A stretch of DNA of 64,000 nt from Verrucomicrobiia bacterium (GTDB lineage: Bacteria > Verrucomicrobiota > Verrucomicrobiia > Limisphaerales > UBA8199), in assembly GCA_035294005.1 (NCBI GenBank), contig DATGLT010000445.1, forward strand, positions 400 to 64,399. The letters run 5' to 3'. The translations under genes and the position numbers were made by a program. Position 1 is the stretch's first letter. The number at the start of each line of letters is the position of its first letter. Positions 1-9,060 of this stretch are shown piece by piece. The notes beneath the pieces are model-generated. The model was not told where the DNA came from. It saw only the letters and a list, made by a program, of their open reading frames with translations, and did not search any database.

Positions 1-1421
1 AGTTTTAAGGTCCCCTGGGTGCTGCGCAACAGGATGTGATCCCATTGTGCCGCCTGGACCGCCGAGCCGAATTTCTCGATGCAACGGCCGCGAACGGCCG
101 CGCGCGTCGTCGAAGGCGGACACAAACTGTGCGCCTTTATCTCCGCCAAAGGGTAGGGCAGTTTAAAAGCGCCCTGGTCCATCAGACCGTAAAACAGGCC
201 CTGCTGTGGATCGAGGAGGTGATACGACAAATCAAGGCTTTGAAGCCACGGATCCTCTTCGGTGAGGCCTTCAGCCTGCCGGAATTGGTCGATCAGTTTG
301 AACTTGGCAGACCAATCCAGCCGGTCCGCTGTGCTGAGAGGATCGCGTTCGAGGTCGGCCAGGGCGGTTTCCCACGCATTCAAAAGGTGGAACCATTCTT
401 CGCCGACATTGGTGCAGAAGTCCCGCACGAGTTGGAGGTATTGCCTTTGGATCTCCAGCGCGGTGGTTTCTTTGCCGCCGCTGACCAGGCACCGCCATTT
501 CCAACTGCGATCGCGTGAAATGCTCTTAAGCGCTCCCAGTGGATCGACCAGTTCCGGCACGCGGCTCAGCGGGGCGCCGTTGAGCAATGCCTGCAGGACC
601 AGCGCGGTGGTCCCAATCTTCAGGTAAGTCGAATACAGCGACAGGTTCGAATCGCCCAGGATCACGTGGAACCGGCGATAGAACTGCCGGTCGGCGTGCG
701 GTTCATCCCTCGTGTTGATGATGGGCCGCCGCTGCATTGTATCAATGCTCTGCAGTTCGAAGAAGAAGTCGCTCCTCTGCGAGATTTGAAACCCCGGTTT
801 GAGATACTTATCCTCCTCTTCCCACCCGAACTTTCCCGCGCCGCAAAGGATTTGGCGCGTGACCAGGAACGACATGATGCCGTTGCTGAGCGATTCCCAC
901 GGCAACCGCCGCGGAAGGAGGTAATTCTCGTGGCAGCCGTAACTGTGACCGCAGAAGTCAGTGTTGTTTTTGTAAAGCAGAACCGGGTTATTGGACCCCT
1001 GGTTGAGATTGCGGGCGCAATCCATCAGCAGTTGGTCGCCGGAATAATCCTGCTGGAGATGCTCGAGCAGGGTCGTGCACTCGGGCGAGCTATACTCGGG
1101 ATGCGAATGGTCGTTGTACAGACGCGCGCCGTTTCGCAGAACCAAATCACTGTGAACGGCATCGGTTGAGAGGCGGCGCTGCGCGTCCTGAACGAAGTAA
1201 TTGGCTTCGTCATGGTCCTGCATCAGTTCTTTGACGCGAAAACCGCGAGCGTCACAATGGGGGTCTTCGCATCGGTAATCCCAGCGGCGGCGGACGCCGG
1301 GCGCGGTTGCGGCGCCGACCAGGGCAATCGCTTCGGCTACGACGTCAAGACCCTCGGCGCGTTCCCGGGTGATTCCAATCTCGGTTTCGGTGCCGAACTG
1401 AATATCCAGTGTTTCCTGCAT
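1..1421 (-). CDS. dop: Pup deamidase/depupylase Dop-like protein (PafA/Dop family), 3'-truncated by the window edge
   Basis: Translated by hand (absent from the ORF track because there is no stop inside the window): MQETLDIQFGTETEIGI...RRWDYRCEDPHCDARGF...NGARLYNDHSHPEYSSPEC...LYKNNTDFCGHSYGCHENYLL...RLHVILGDSNLSLYSTYLKIGTT...VQAAQWD. These match the GxExE, Dop-loop (WDY..E.P..DARGF), NGARxYxDHxHPEY, SYGxHENY and RLHVIxGD motifs. It starts 30 nt after the arc stop. Confidence 0.9.
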   Translation of the reverse strand, partial: MQETLDIQFGTETEIGITRERAEGLDVVAEAIALVGAATAPGVRRRWDYRCEDPHCDARGFRVKELMQDHDEANYFVQDAQRRLSTDAVHSDLVLRNGARLYNDHSHPEYSSPECTTLLEHLQQDYSGDQLLMDCARNLNQGSNNPVLLYKNNTDFCGHSYGCHENYLLPRRLPWESLSNGIMSFLVTRQILCGAGKFGWEEEDKYLKPGFQISQRSDFFFELQSIDTMQRRPIINTRDEPHADRQFYRRFHVILGDSNLSLYSTYLKIGTTALVLQALLNGAPLSRVPELVDPLGALKSISRDRSWKWRCLVSGGKETTALEIQRQYLQLVRDFCTNVGEEWFHLLNAWETALADLERDPLSTADRLDWSAKFKLIDQFRQAEGLTEEDPWLQSLDLSYHLLDPQQGLFYGLMDQGAFKLPYPLAEIKAHSLCPPSTTRAAVRGRCIEKFGSAVQAAQWDHILLRSTQGTLK

Positions 1422-1451
1422 GGCCTAAGGGGGTTAAGTGGCAGCCGAAGC

Positions 1452-3143
1452 TCAGACCGCGGCCGAAAAGGCGCCACGTTCGCCAGGGCGATAGGGCGAC
1501 AAACGCACCACATTGGAAGGATCGAAGTCGGTCAACTTCAACCAATCCTCGGTAATGTCACTTGGCGGGAACAGTTCGTTCTCGCGATATTCCTTAATCA
1601 GCGCGTCGATCAGGTCCTGGCGTGTTATGGGGGCCTCTCCCCGAATGCTGATGGATCGTTTGATAGCCGATTCCTTGGCCCTCTCGACAATTGCCGCGAT
1701 GATGGCTCCGCTTGCCAGGTCGCCGCGATACAGGTAATCGTGACGGCCGCTCCGGAACGTGATGTCGAGGAACCGATTCTCATCGGCATTCGCGTAGTGT
1801 GCTTCCACAATCGCGTCGATTAGGGCTTCCCGCGGTTCTTCGAGAGGCAGGTCGTCGACGAGGTAAATGCCGTAAATCTCCCGCGCGGCGCCCTTGTCCG
1901 GCCGTCGCACGCGGATTTTACGATCGATACGTCCGGGCCGAAGGATCGCCGGGTCGATTAGATCGGCGCGGTTGGATGCCAAAATAACCACGACATTTTG
2001 CAGCGGCTCGAGTCCGTCCATTTCGCTGCAAAACATCGGTACCAGCGTCGACAAAATGTTTGTGCCGGCCCTGATGGCGTGCCGGGTTCCCAGGATCGAC
2101 TCCGCCTCGTCAATGAACAAGAATGCCAGGTGGCCTTCGGCGGCCTTTTCACGGCATTGCACAAACAGGTCCCGGACCTGTCGTTCGGATTCTCCAAGCC
2201 ACATGTTTAGAATCTCGGGCCCCTTGACGCTGAGGAAATATTCAGGGCGATCTTCTCCGGTCTCCTGGAGTATTTGTTTGCGCAAGTTATGGGCGGTTGC
2301 CTTCCCCAGCAGCGTCTTGCCGCATCCCGGAGGGCCGTACAAGAGGAACCCCTTGGGCACCGGGTGGTGAAAACGCCGAAAGAGCGCCGCGTGCAGGAAA
2401 GGCAATTCGATGGAATCCCGTATTCCCTGCACCGCCTCCTGCTGGCCTCCGATTGCGCTCCACGGAATCGGCTCGACTTGGGTCAGCGTTCGATCCAACC
2501 GCTTGCTGGCGCCGATAATCTCCACGGCGACCCGCTGCTGGCTGTCCAGGCGGATGTCCAGGCCAACCTTGAGTTTGTCCTTCAACAACAAGGACGAGCG
2601 GACGACCACCGCGTCGGAGATCCCCGACTCGTTACCCACACGCAGACGGCCGTCAGCCATCACCTCGCTAATCCGGACGACGGGCCCATTCTTTTCAAAC
2701 CCAAACACATCCGTCACCGCAAAAGCTTCGTTCAGCAATACCCGTGTCCCGGTTTCCAGGGACGCTTCCGGCACGTTCGGGTCGAGATTGCACACATACT
2801 CGGTCCCGTTGACGCACACCAGGACACGGCCATTGGCCAAAGACTGCAACAGCGTCCCCAGGCGCAACGCCGGAGCCCGCAGTTTTTCCACTGCTTCATT
2901 CAATTTTTCCAACGCGGTTCGCGCCTGGTCCTGGAGTTCTTCCATTTCGGCAATGCGCGTCCGCAGCAAGGGCATGGAGGGAGCCGTCCCTTGCGTAGCC
3001 AATTCGAGTCGCACACGATCCAGCATCTGCAACGCTGAAACGTTTTCCGGAGATTCTGCCCAAGTGGGTTCCTGGGGTGATTGAGACTGAGGATCCGGCC
3101 CCGGACCGGAATGGTCTGGACGGCCTTTCTGTAAGTTACTCAC
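1452..3143 (-). CDS. arc: Proteasome-associated AAA+ ATPase ARC/Mpa-like
   Basis: N-terminal coiled coil followed by an OB-type interdomain; Walker A GPPGCGKT; pore loop VKGPEILNMWLGESE; Walker B FIDEAE; SRH SNRADLIDPAILRPGRID; Mpa-like SGAIIAAIVERAK and ENE.FP...EDW. Start placed at GTG 3143 instead of the ORF-track start 3428 because of the promoter position. Confidence 0.88.
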   Translation of the reverse strand: MSNLQKGRPDHSGPGPDPQSQSPQEPTWAESPENVSALQMLDRVRLELATQGTAPSMPLLRTRIAEMEELQDQARTALEKLNEAVEKLRAPALRLGTLLQSLANGRVLVCVNGTEYVCNLDPNVPEASLETGTRVLLNEAFAVTDVFGFEKNGPVVRISEVMADGRLRVGNESGISDAVVVRSSLLLKDKLKVGLDIRLDSQQRVAVEIIGASKRLDRTLTQVEPIPWSAIGGQQEAVQGIRDSIELPFLHAALFRRFHHPVPKGFLLYGPPGCGKTLLGKATAHNLRKQILQETGEDRPEYFLSVKGPEILNMWLGESERQVRDLFVQCREKAAEGHLAFLFIDEAESILGTRHAIRAGTNILSTLVPMFCSEMDGLEPLQNVVVILASNRADLIDPAILRPGRIDRKIRVRRPDKGAAREIYGIYLVDDLPLEEPREALIDAIVEAHYANADENRFLDITFRSGRHDYLYRGDLASGAIIAAIVERAKESAIKRSISIRGEAPITRQDLIDALIKEYRENELFPPSDITEDWLKLTDFDPSNVVRLSPYRPGERGAFSAAV

Positions 3144-3149
3144 ATGCTC

Positions 3150-3177
3150 ATTATAAGGCTCCTCCGCATTCGTGCAA
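3150..3177 (-). promoter_or_regulatory. sigma70-like promoter for arc (TTGCAC-16-TATAAT, 6 nt before GTG; leaderless)
   Basis: Minus strand reads gatTTGCACgaatgcggaggagcctTATAATgagcatGTG. Confidence 0.6.
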
Positions 3178-3414
3178 ATCGGGGTTTCTGCGGAGTCCCC
3201 GGCTCCGTGTTTTTGCTCGGAGGAGCGCCCTGCACCACAACCTGCTGGGAAGCGCGGGCCTTCAACAGAATCAACGCTACGAGTCCGTTGGAAATAGGGT
3301 GAGTATCTTTGGAGAATAGGCACAGAAAGCCGAGCTTGCGGGGAGCAGACCTCCCCTGCCTGAAGAACACAATTTTTAAATCTTGGCCGCGTTGCGCGGT
3401 CAACGCGCTGATGA

Positions 3415-3987
3415 CTATTTACCGGCACCGTTCTGAACAGGCTCCAGCGTAACGTCAGTCAGTTTTTCCCGAGCCGGTTCGAGCCGGACGATCATGTGAT
3501 AGATCCGGCCGGATTCCAGGGTGAACGTCATCCCGAGCGAGTCATAGCTGATGGACTCGGTCCCGCCTCGGAGTTTTTCGCTCGAAGTCGGCTCCCCGTA
3601 CGCCTTGATCAAATCTTCACGAGTCGATTTGAGCCCGATACCCTCTTTGGTACGCCCATTGAACCTGTTGACCAGGGGTCCGTTGATGCCGGTCACATCT
3701 CCGCACATGACAACCTGGACGATGCCGTCCTTGTCAGGCATGACGGCGAAACCGAGTGGAGTGTATTCGATGGCGTTTGCCGTTCGCCGGTTTGGCTCGC
3801 CGAATTGTTGAATAACATCGCGAGCGCTCATTCCGGCGTGGATCCTGCCGACGGCGACCCGCGGCTCGATTAGGATTGGAGTGTCACTGGCAGCCGACTG
3901 TGGCTGGTCGGTTCGCGAACAGCCGCCGCCGAGAACAATCGCTGCGGCCACAACGAGCAACAATCCATGTTTGCTGCCACGTCTCAC
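3415..3987 (-). CDS. Lipoprotein with two internal repeats (SmpA/BLIP-like G..G.S..D....GEP units)
   Basis: Lipobox LGGGC; repeats GRIHAGMSARDVIQQFGEP...IEYTPLGF and GIGLKSTREDLIKAYGEP...ISYDSLGM. Confidence 0.65.
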   Translation of the reverse strand: MRRGSKHGLLLVVAAAIVLGGGCSRTDQPQSAASDTPILIEPRVAVGRIHAGMSARDVIQQFGEPNRRTANAIEYTPLGFAVMPDKDGIVQVVMCGDVTGINGPLVNRFNGRTKEGIGLKSTREDLIKAYGEPTSSEKLRGGTESISYDSLGMTFTLESGRIYHMIVRLEPAREKLTDVTLEPVQNGAGK

Positions 3988-3993
3988 AAAGTG

Positions 3994-4021
3994 AGTATAT
4001 CTGATTTTGCGATTAGATCAA
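3994..4021 (-). promoter_or_regulatory. sigma70-like promoter (TTGATC-16-TATACT, 6 nt before GTG 3987)
   Basis: Minus strand reads TTGATCtaatcgcaaaatcagaTATACTcactttGTG. Confidence 0.55.
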
Positions 4022-4023
4022 GA

Positions 4024-4779
4024 TTAGACCGAGGAAACTACCGGTTCGGCAGTCCTGGCAGGGGAGACCGCGGGCGTGTCCCGATGCCTCTGGCCGAGGA
4101 AATGAATCAGGCTCTCGAAAATCAGTCGTCCGTCCGCCGAGCCAAGGATAGGTTCGCTGGCGCGCTCCGGGTGAGGCATAAGCCCCGCCACGTTGCGGGC
4201 TTCATTGCAAATCCCCGCGATACTGGACACGGATCCGTTGGGATTGGCTTGCTCAGTGCAGTCGCTCTGGGCATTAGCATATTGCCAAAGGATCTGGTCA
4301 TTGTCGCGCAAACGCGTCAATGTCGGTTCATCGGCAAAATAACAGCCTTCCCCATGGGCTATGGGAATGCGCATCAGCTTTCCGGTGGGGATTTTGCACG
4401 TGAAAGGCGACTGCTGGGTAACGGTCTTGAGATAGACCTGTTCGCAGCGGAATTGCAGGGAGCGGTTGCGAATCAAAGCTCCGGGCAGCAAGCCCGCTTC
4501 GCATAGAATTTGAAATCCATTGCAAATCCCGAGAACCAGTCCGCCGTTTTGAACGAAGCTTTGAACCGCTCCCATGACCGGGCTGAACCGGGCAATGGCG
4601 CCGGTGCGCAGATAATCGCCATAGCTGAACCCGCCGGGAATGATTACCGCATCGGCATCCGCCAGTGAGCTTTCCTTGTGCCACAGCAGCCGTGCAGAAT
4701 GGCCCATGACGTTGCGCAAAACGTGGACGACGTCCTGGTCGCAGTTGGACCCGGGAAACTGCAAAACCGAGAAATTCAT
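4024..4779 (-). CDS. purQ: Phosphoribosylformylglycinamidine synthase subunit PurQ
   Basis: FPGSNCD, PGGFSYGDYLR, GICNGFQIL (catalytic Cys), PIAHGEG, GLMPHPER. Confidence 0.97.
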   Translation of the reverse strand: MNFSVLQFPGSNCDQDVVHVLRNVMGHSARLLWHKESSLADADAVIIPGGFSYGDYLRTGAIARFSPVMGAVQSFVQNGGLVLGICNGFQILCEAGLLPGALIRNRSLQFRCEQVYLKTVTQQSPFTCKIPTGKLMRIPIAHGEGCYFADEPTLTRLRDNDQILWQYANAQSDCTEQANPNGSVSSIAGICNEARNVAGLMPHPERASEPILGSADGRLIFESLIHFLGQRHRDTPAVSPARTAEPVVSSV

Positions 4780-4801
4780 ACGCGGTCAGCCTACGCTGTT
4801 C

Positions 4802-5047
4802 CTATTCGATTTCAAACCGGTAATCTTCAATAACCGGGTTGCTCAGGATTTTGTGGCAAGCCTCGTCAATTTGTTTGCGAGCCCCTTCGCGATCGGCTCC
4901 GGTAACTTCAATTTCGAGGTATTTGCCGACATGGACGGAACCCAGGCCTGAATACCCCATGTGCGCAAGGGCGCTTTGGACAGTCTTACCTTGAGGGTCA
5001 AGCACAGCCTTCTTCGGCGTAATGATGATCTTTGCTTTCATAAACAA
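4802..5047 (-). CDS. purS: Phosphoribosylformylglycinamidine synthase subunit PurS
   Basis: VLDPQGK, VGKYLEI and LSNPVIEDY motifs; 81 aa; directly upstream of purQ. Confidence 0.95.
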   Translation of the reverse strand: MFMKAKIIITPKKAVLDPQGKTVQSALAHMGYSGLGSVHVGKYLEIEVTGADREGARKQIDEACHKILSNPVIEDYRFEIE

Positions 5048-5160
5048 GCGCTCCGGGGAACGTGAACACTGCCACCCGGCAAGTCCACGGAATCAGCCGC
5101 GGCGTCGCCATAAATTTCACGCAACTGTGAGACAACGCCACCCCGGACGCCAGTCAATTC

Positions 5161-5580
5161 CTACCGCGCTTCGCGCACCCGGATTGTGTACCGTTGCGCT
5201 TTATCATTAGCAGACGAGAAGCTCACGTCCTGTTGCGCGTTTTCGTCCAAAAACACGTTTTGAAACGGAGTATCCTCAACCGCGAAGCCTTGAGCGTCTT
5301 TGAAGACGCAATTGACCTGGATTTGGATGCGACGGTCTTCACGGTTCCTGAGATTGGCATGAACCTGGAGCCGGCCATCAGGCAATCGTGCTTCTTGAAG
5401 GCTGCCGCAGGTGACCGAATATTGGGCTCTCTGGTTGAGGAGCACGAATTTGGAATTGTCCTCGAGGTTATTGACGCTGCCGTTTTGAGCGACGTAAGCG
5501 CCAGTATCGTGTGTCGCACAGCCGGGCAGGAGGCCCAGCGCAAGGGCAACGATGCCTGAATTCAATAGGCGAATATTCAT
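5161..5580 (-). CDS. YcfL-like (DUF1425) lipoprotein
   Basis: Lipobox LPGC; NLRN...IQVNCVFKDAQGF pattern; lies downstream of the LpoB-like and TPR lipoprotein genes. Confidence 0.65.
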   Translation of the reverse strand: MNIRLLNSGIVALALGLLPGCATHDTGAYVAQNGSVNNLEDNSKFVLLNQRAQYSVTCGSLQEARLPDGRLQVHANLRNREDRRIQIQVNCVFKDAQGFAVEDTPFQNVFLDENAQQDVSFSSANDKAQRYTIRVREAR

Positions 5581-6767
5581 ATGGTTTGTGGGGTTAAGGC
5601 TTGATCGCTGATGAAAATGACTTTGTCCTTTGCGTCCTGCGGGACTTCAACCGTGATGGTCTTCGTCAACGCAGGCACAACTTGCCCGCGGTTGTCTCGG
5701 AATTCGCAGGTTATGACGTGCCGACCAACCGGCAGAGTGAAAGTGGCCAGTCCAAGATAGCGCGGCAGGTTGTCCCAGGAGCGGACATCTGCTTCGGGAG
5801 TGGTGGCGGCCGAGAAGATTTTGCTGATCACACCGGCGGCGAGCAACCCGGCGCCCACTTCGTTGGCGGTGGCGTCATGCCCGTTGCCGGAAAGGATTGC
5901 TGCGCCGCCGCCGATAAGCGCGACATTGCCGGCGATGTCCGTGGCGTTCTTGAAGATCGCTTTGTTTCCGAGAATGTGGTCCATGACGCGGCCACCACGC
6001 GTGGTCGCCTGGTACCACACGTCATCATCTATGGACACGCGGTATTCGTTTCCATTAACCCGCAACTGCGCCGACCTAACAGGAGAGGGATCGACATGGA
6101 AGCGCAGTTCCTGGCGGTATTCGCCGGTGGCGTACTTAGTTGGTCCCGGACCGAACTCCAAAAAGGCGATCACATTGGCTTTGCAATCATACGCCTGTAA
6201 GCCGCCCGCTTTGCAGTTGAGTTGCGCGCGTTTAAGCGCATCGGTTCCATCTCCGCCGAGTTTCGCTGTGGCCAGTCCGTCCAGGTAGTCGGGCAAAACC
6301 CAATCTCCGGCGTACTCGTGATTTTCGGCGTCCCCGTCTTCGATTTCAGCACTGCGAAAGCACGCGCGCGCGTTGTCCCGCTCGCCATCCATCCAATAAA
6401 GAATGCCACGGTAAATGTAGGCCATGGACCGCTCGTATGGCTCGCCAATGAATGTCTTCTTTGCCTCGGAATGGAAATAGCCGCGCGCCTTTTTGGCGCC
6501 CGGATCTGGGCCGTACACTCCTTGCAAGGTCGTCAGGGCGTCATCCAGGTAACGCTTCGCCAAATCGAATTTGCCCTGCCGCATGGCGGCCGCGGCGGTG
6601 CGATATTCCCAAAGAACTTTATCCCGGGGCGGTCCGTGTTCAATCGCGGTCGGACCATCCACCATAATGTTGCCGGTTAAAACAACCGGATGCTCCGGCG
6701 GCCGCGTCGCGCACGAACTCACCAAAAGCGGGATGATTGCGGCAAAAATGCCACAGACAGCTTTCAT
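5577..6767 (-). CDS. TPR-containing lipoprotein (COG3014-like)
   Basis: Lipobox VSSC; helical repeat with FIGEPYERSM; C-terminal ADVRSWDNLP motif; stop overlaps the next gene. Confidence 0.6.
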   Translation of the reverse strand: MKAVCGIFAAIIPLLVSSCATRPPEHPVVLTGNIMVDGPTAIEHGPPRDKVLWEYRTAAAAMRQGKFDLAKRYLDDALTTLQGVYGPDPGAKKARGYFHSEAKKTFIGEPYERSMAYIYRGILYWMDGERDNARACFRSAEIEDGDAENHEYAGDWVLPDYLDGLATAKLGGDGTDALKRAQLNCKAGGLQAYDCKANVIAFLEFGPGPTKYATGEYRQELRFHVDPSPVRSAQLRVNGNEYRVSIDDDVWYQATTRGGRVMDHILGNKAIFKNATDIAGNVALIGGGAAILSGNGHDATANEVGAGLLAAGVISKIFSAATTPEADVRSWDNLPRYLGLATFTLPVGRHVITCEFRDNRGQVVPALTKTITVEVPQDAKDKVIFISDQALTPQTI

Positions 6768-6789
6768 CGGTTGAACTGGGCGTGCGGCT

Positions 6790-7425
6790 CTACCGGTACG
6801 CGGCGTCTTCCAGGCCCTGTTTCTTTATTTCCGCCGAATCTTCCCAAACGATGTCGCTGCTGCGCGCATCCGTGAGCCGGAAGGTGTAAAGAATGTAGTC
6901 ACTGGTGCCGGCGCCGGTCCGGGTGGTCAGACCCGAGAGCTTGCCCGTCAGGAAAAAATCAGCGCCCTTGAACTCGACCACGTTCGGATCCGCGCTGGCA
7001 GTAACCTGGCCCGCAAGTTTCATTTGACGTTCATGTTCGAGGGTGGCCATGCGTTCGCGGTCCAGAAAAATGACCTTGCCGCGAGCTTTGGAGTTTAATT
7101 CCGCCCGGATGCGGGAAAGAAAAATGTCCTTGTTGATCGGGAACCGGGTCGCGTTTTCGACCGGGTCCAGAACTATGCGGGGGGCGCCCTGGGCATTCGC
7201 GATCTGAGGAACGGTCAGCATGCTTTTCCACATTTTATCGGTCACTGCCACAAGGTCCTGTGATTCGACACCTGTGCCGGCGACAAAGCCCTGTTCGTCG
7301 GGGCGCATTTGAGTGACCGCAACGCCGGATGGGTTGCGGACACCGGAGGAAGCACAACCACAGAGCATCCCGGCCGCCACCGAAACAGTGGCAGCGCCAA
7401 ATATCGGCTTGAGTAAGGACTTCAT
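6790..7425 (-). CDS. Penicillin-binding protein activator LpoB-like lipoprotein
   Basis: Lipobox LCGC after MKSLLKP (start moved to 7425); GVESQDL..VTDKM..SML, VENAT, GADFFLTGKL and DIVWED resemble the LpoB/CsgG-like family. Confidence 0.65.
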   Translation of the reverse strand: MKSLLKPIFGAATVSVAAGMLCGCASSGVRNPSGVAVTQMRPDEQGFVAGTGVESQDLVAVTDKMWKSMLTVPQIANAQGAPRIVLDPVENATRFPINKDIFLSRIRAELNSKARGKVIFLDRERMATLEHERQMKLAGQVTASADPNVVEFKGADFFLTGKLSGLTTRTGAGTSDYILYTFRLTDARSSDIVWEDSAEIKKQGLEDAAYR

Positions 7426-7703
7426 AAAATCATTTGGTTTCTTGTAATTAGCTCGTTCTAACCGTTCGAATCCATTGGACGACTGAAGGGGTCGATTATT
7501 CGTTGCGCACGAACCCGGCTCGCCGCCGGGCGCCATTCGCAATCGACTGCAAAACGACGCGGCCCATCGCGTGGATTGGGCATTTCGCGTGCCAACAGAT
7601 CCGCGCGCATTATATCGATAAAGCCGCGCCCAGGCGCAACGGAATTGTCGAACCTCTGGAAGATGTTGATTCTGCCGTATTAAAACAGTTCCATGTGCGT
7701 GAA

Positions 7704-8495
7704 ATGATCGCCAAACGCGTCATCCCTTGCCTGGATGTCCATGCGGGACAGGTCACACGCGGTGTCCAGTTCGGAAAGGCTGAAGCCGGAGAATTGCGCA
7801 ACGTGGGGGATCCCGTGGAATTGGCGCTGCGGTATAATGAACAGGGCGCCGATGAAATGGTATTTTTCGACATCACCGCGAGCGCGCACGGGCGCGCGAC
7901 CATGGTGAGCGTCATCGAGCGCGCCGCCGAGCAATGTTTCATGCCTCTCACAGTGGGGGGCGGCCTTCGTTCCGTGGACGACATGTACACCATGCTCCGG
8001 GCCGGCGCGGACAAAATCAGCATCAACTCCTCGGCGCTGGCCAACCCGGCACTTATCCGAGCGGGTGCCGAAAAGTTCGGCAGCCAGTGCATTGTCGTGT
8101 CAATTGACGCAAAGAAAGTCGCCCCGGAACGATGGGAGGTTTTTTCTCATGGCGGGCGCAAGCCGACCGGGCTTGAAGCGGTGGCCTGGGCGCAGAAAGC
8201 CGTTTCGCTAGGCGCGGGTGAAATCGTGCTCAACAGCATAGACGCCGATGGGACCAAGGGCGGGTTCGACCTGGCAATCACCCGGAGGGTCAGCGAGGCA
8301 GTAGGTGTGCCCGTCGTTGCCAGCGGGGGCGCCGGCAAACTCGAGCATATGGCCGAAGTGCTTCTGGAAGGAAAAGCTGATGCCGTTTTGGCGGCGAGCA
8401 TCTTTCATTTCGGCGAATACTCGGTTGGCGATGTCAAAAATTACCTGGCTTCCAGAGGGATTCCCGTGAGGTTGACTCAGGAAATTGGAAATTGA
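7704..8495 (+). CDS. hisF: Imidazole glycerol phosphate synthase cyclase subunit
   Basis: [60 protein letters not shown]. Confidence 0.97.
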   Translation: MIAKRVIPCLDVHAGQVTRGVQFGKAEAGELRNVGDPVELALRYNEQGADEMVFFDITASAHGRATMVSVIERAAEQCFMPLTVGGGLRSVDDMYTMLRAGADKISINSSALANPALIRAGAEKFGSQCIVVSIDAKKVAPERWEVFSHGGRKPTGLEAVAWAQKAVSLGAGEIVLNSIDADGTKGGFDLAITRRVSEAVGVPVVASGGAGKLEHMAEVLLEGKADAVLAASIFHFGEYSVGDVKNYLASRGIPVRLTQEIGN

Positions 8496-8670
8496 GTTCA
8501 ACGCGTCGGAGGCGTTTTGGGACGGCACTGGGGCCTTAGCGCGCCTCCATTGCCAATGATAAGTTCGCAACAATCCTTGTCCGTAACCCGCGGTTGATGC
8601 CGATCTTTTCAGGTTTTTCCTAGTCGGCTGCTCGAAATTTGTTAGATTGCCCCAAGCACTGCAGGCGGCT

Positions 8671-9060
8671 ATGACATTTTTCGAACAGCTGAAATTTGAC
8701 GGTAACGGGCTGATCCCCGCGATCATCCAGGATGTGCAGACCAAGCGCGTCCTGATGATGGCCTGGATGAACCGCGCCTCCCTGGAAACCACGCTCAAGA
8801 CAGGCAAAACGCACTTTTGGAGCCGGTCGCGCCAGAAGTTCTGGATGAAAGGCGAGACCAGCGGTCACACACAGACGGTCAAAGATGTGGCGTTTGATTG
8901 TGACGGTGACACCCTGCTGATCCAGGTTGAACAAACCGGGGCGGCCTGCCATGAAGGTTATCGATCCTGCTTTTACCGGTCCGTCGAGTCTCAAGGCCAA
9001 TCGTTTAAACTGACGGAGGAGCGACTTCAGAATCCCGAGGCGATTTACGGCAAGAAGTGA
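8671..9060 (+). CDS. hisI: Phosphoribosyl-AMP cyclohydrolase
   Basis: [44 protein letters not shown]. Confidence 0.96.
   Translation: MTFFEQLKFDGNGLIPAIIQDVQTKRVLMMAWMNRASLETTLKTGKTHFWSRSRQKFWMKGETSGHTQTVKDVAFDCDGDTLLIQVEQTGAACHEGYRSCFYRSVESQGQSFKLTEERLQNPEAIYGKK

Noticed and set aside
641-660. GGTTCGAATC T-loop-like motif suggesting a tRNA
   Set aside because: It lies inside dop (encoding GDSNL on the minus strand), with no acceptor, D or anticodon arms.
36-1823. Plus-strand ORFs of 121-203 aa over arc/dop, and the many similar antisense ORFs across the window (e.g. 11378-12829, 24045-24953, 44442-45560)
   Set aside because: They are shadow ORFs opposite well-supported genes, as expected in GC-rich DNA, and carry no family motifs.
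3140-3428. Candidate Pup/UBact small ORF upstream of arc, and the long N-terminal extension of the arc ORF
   Set aside because: No ORF here ends in GGE/GGQ or TGE/TGQ. The 87-aa ORF and the extension look non-coding, and the promoter sits right at GTG 3143.
5048-5160. Possible ZTP (pfl) riboswitch upstream of purSQ (GACTGGCG on the minus strand plus a long hairpin)
   Set aside because: The 3' CGCCYGGGC pseudoknot strand and the conserved P2 were not found; only a generic stem-loop is present. An Infernal search with the Rfam pfl/ZTP model would settle it.
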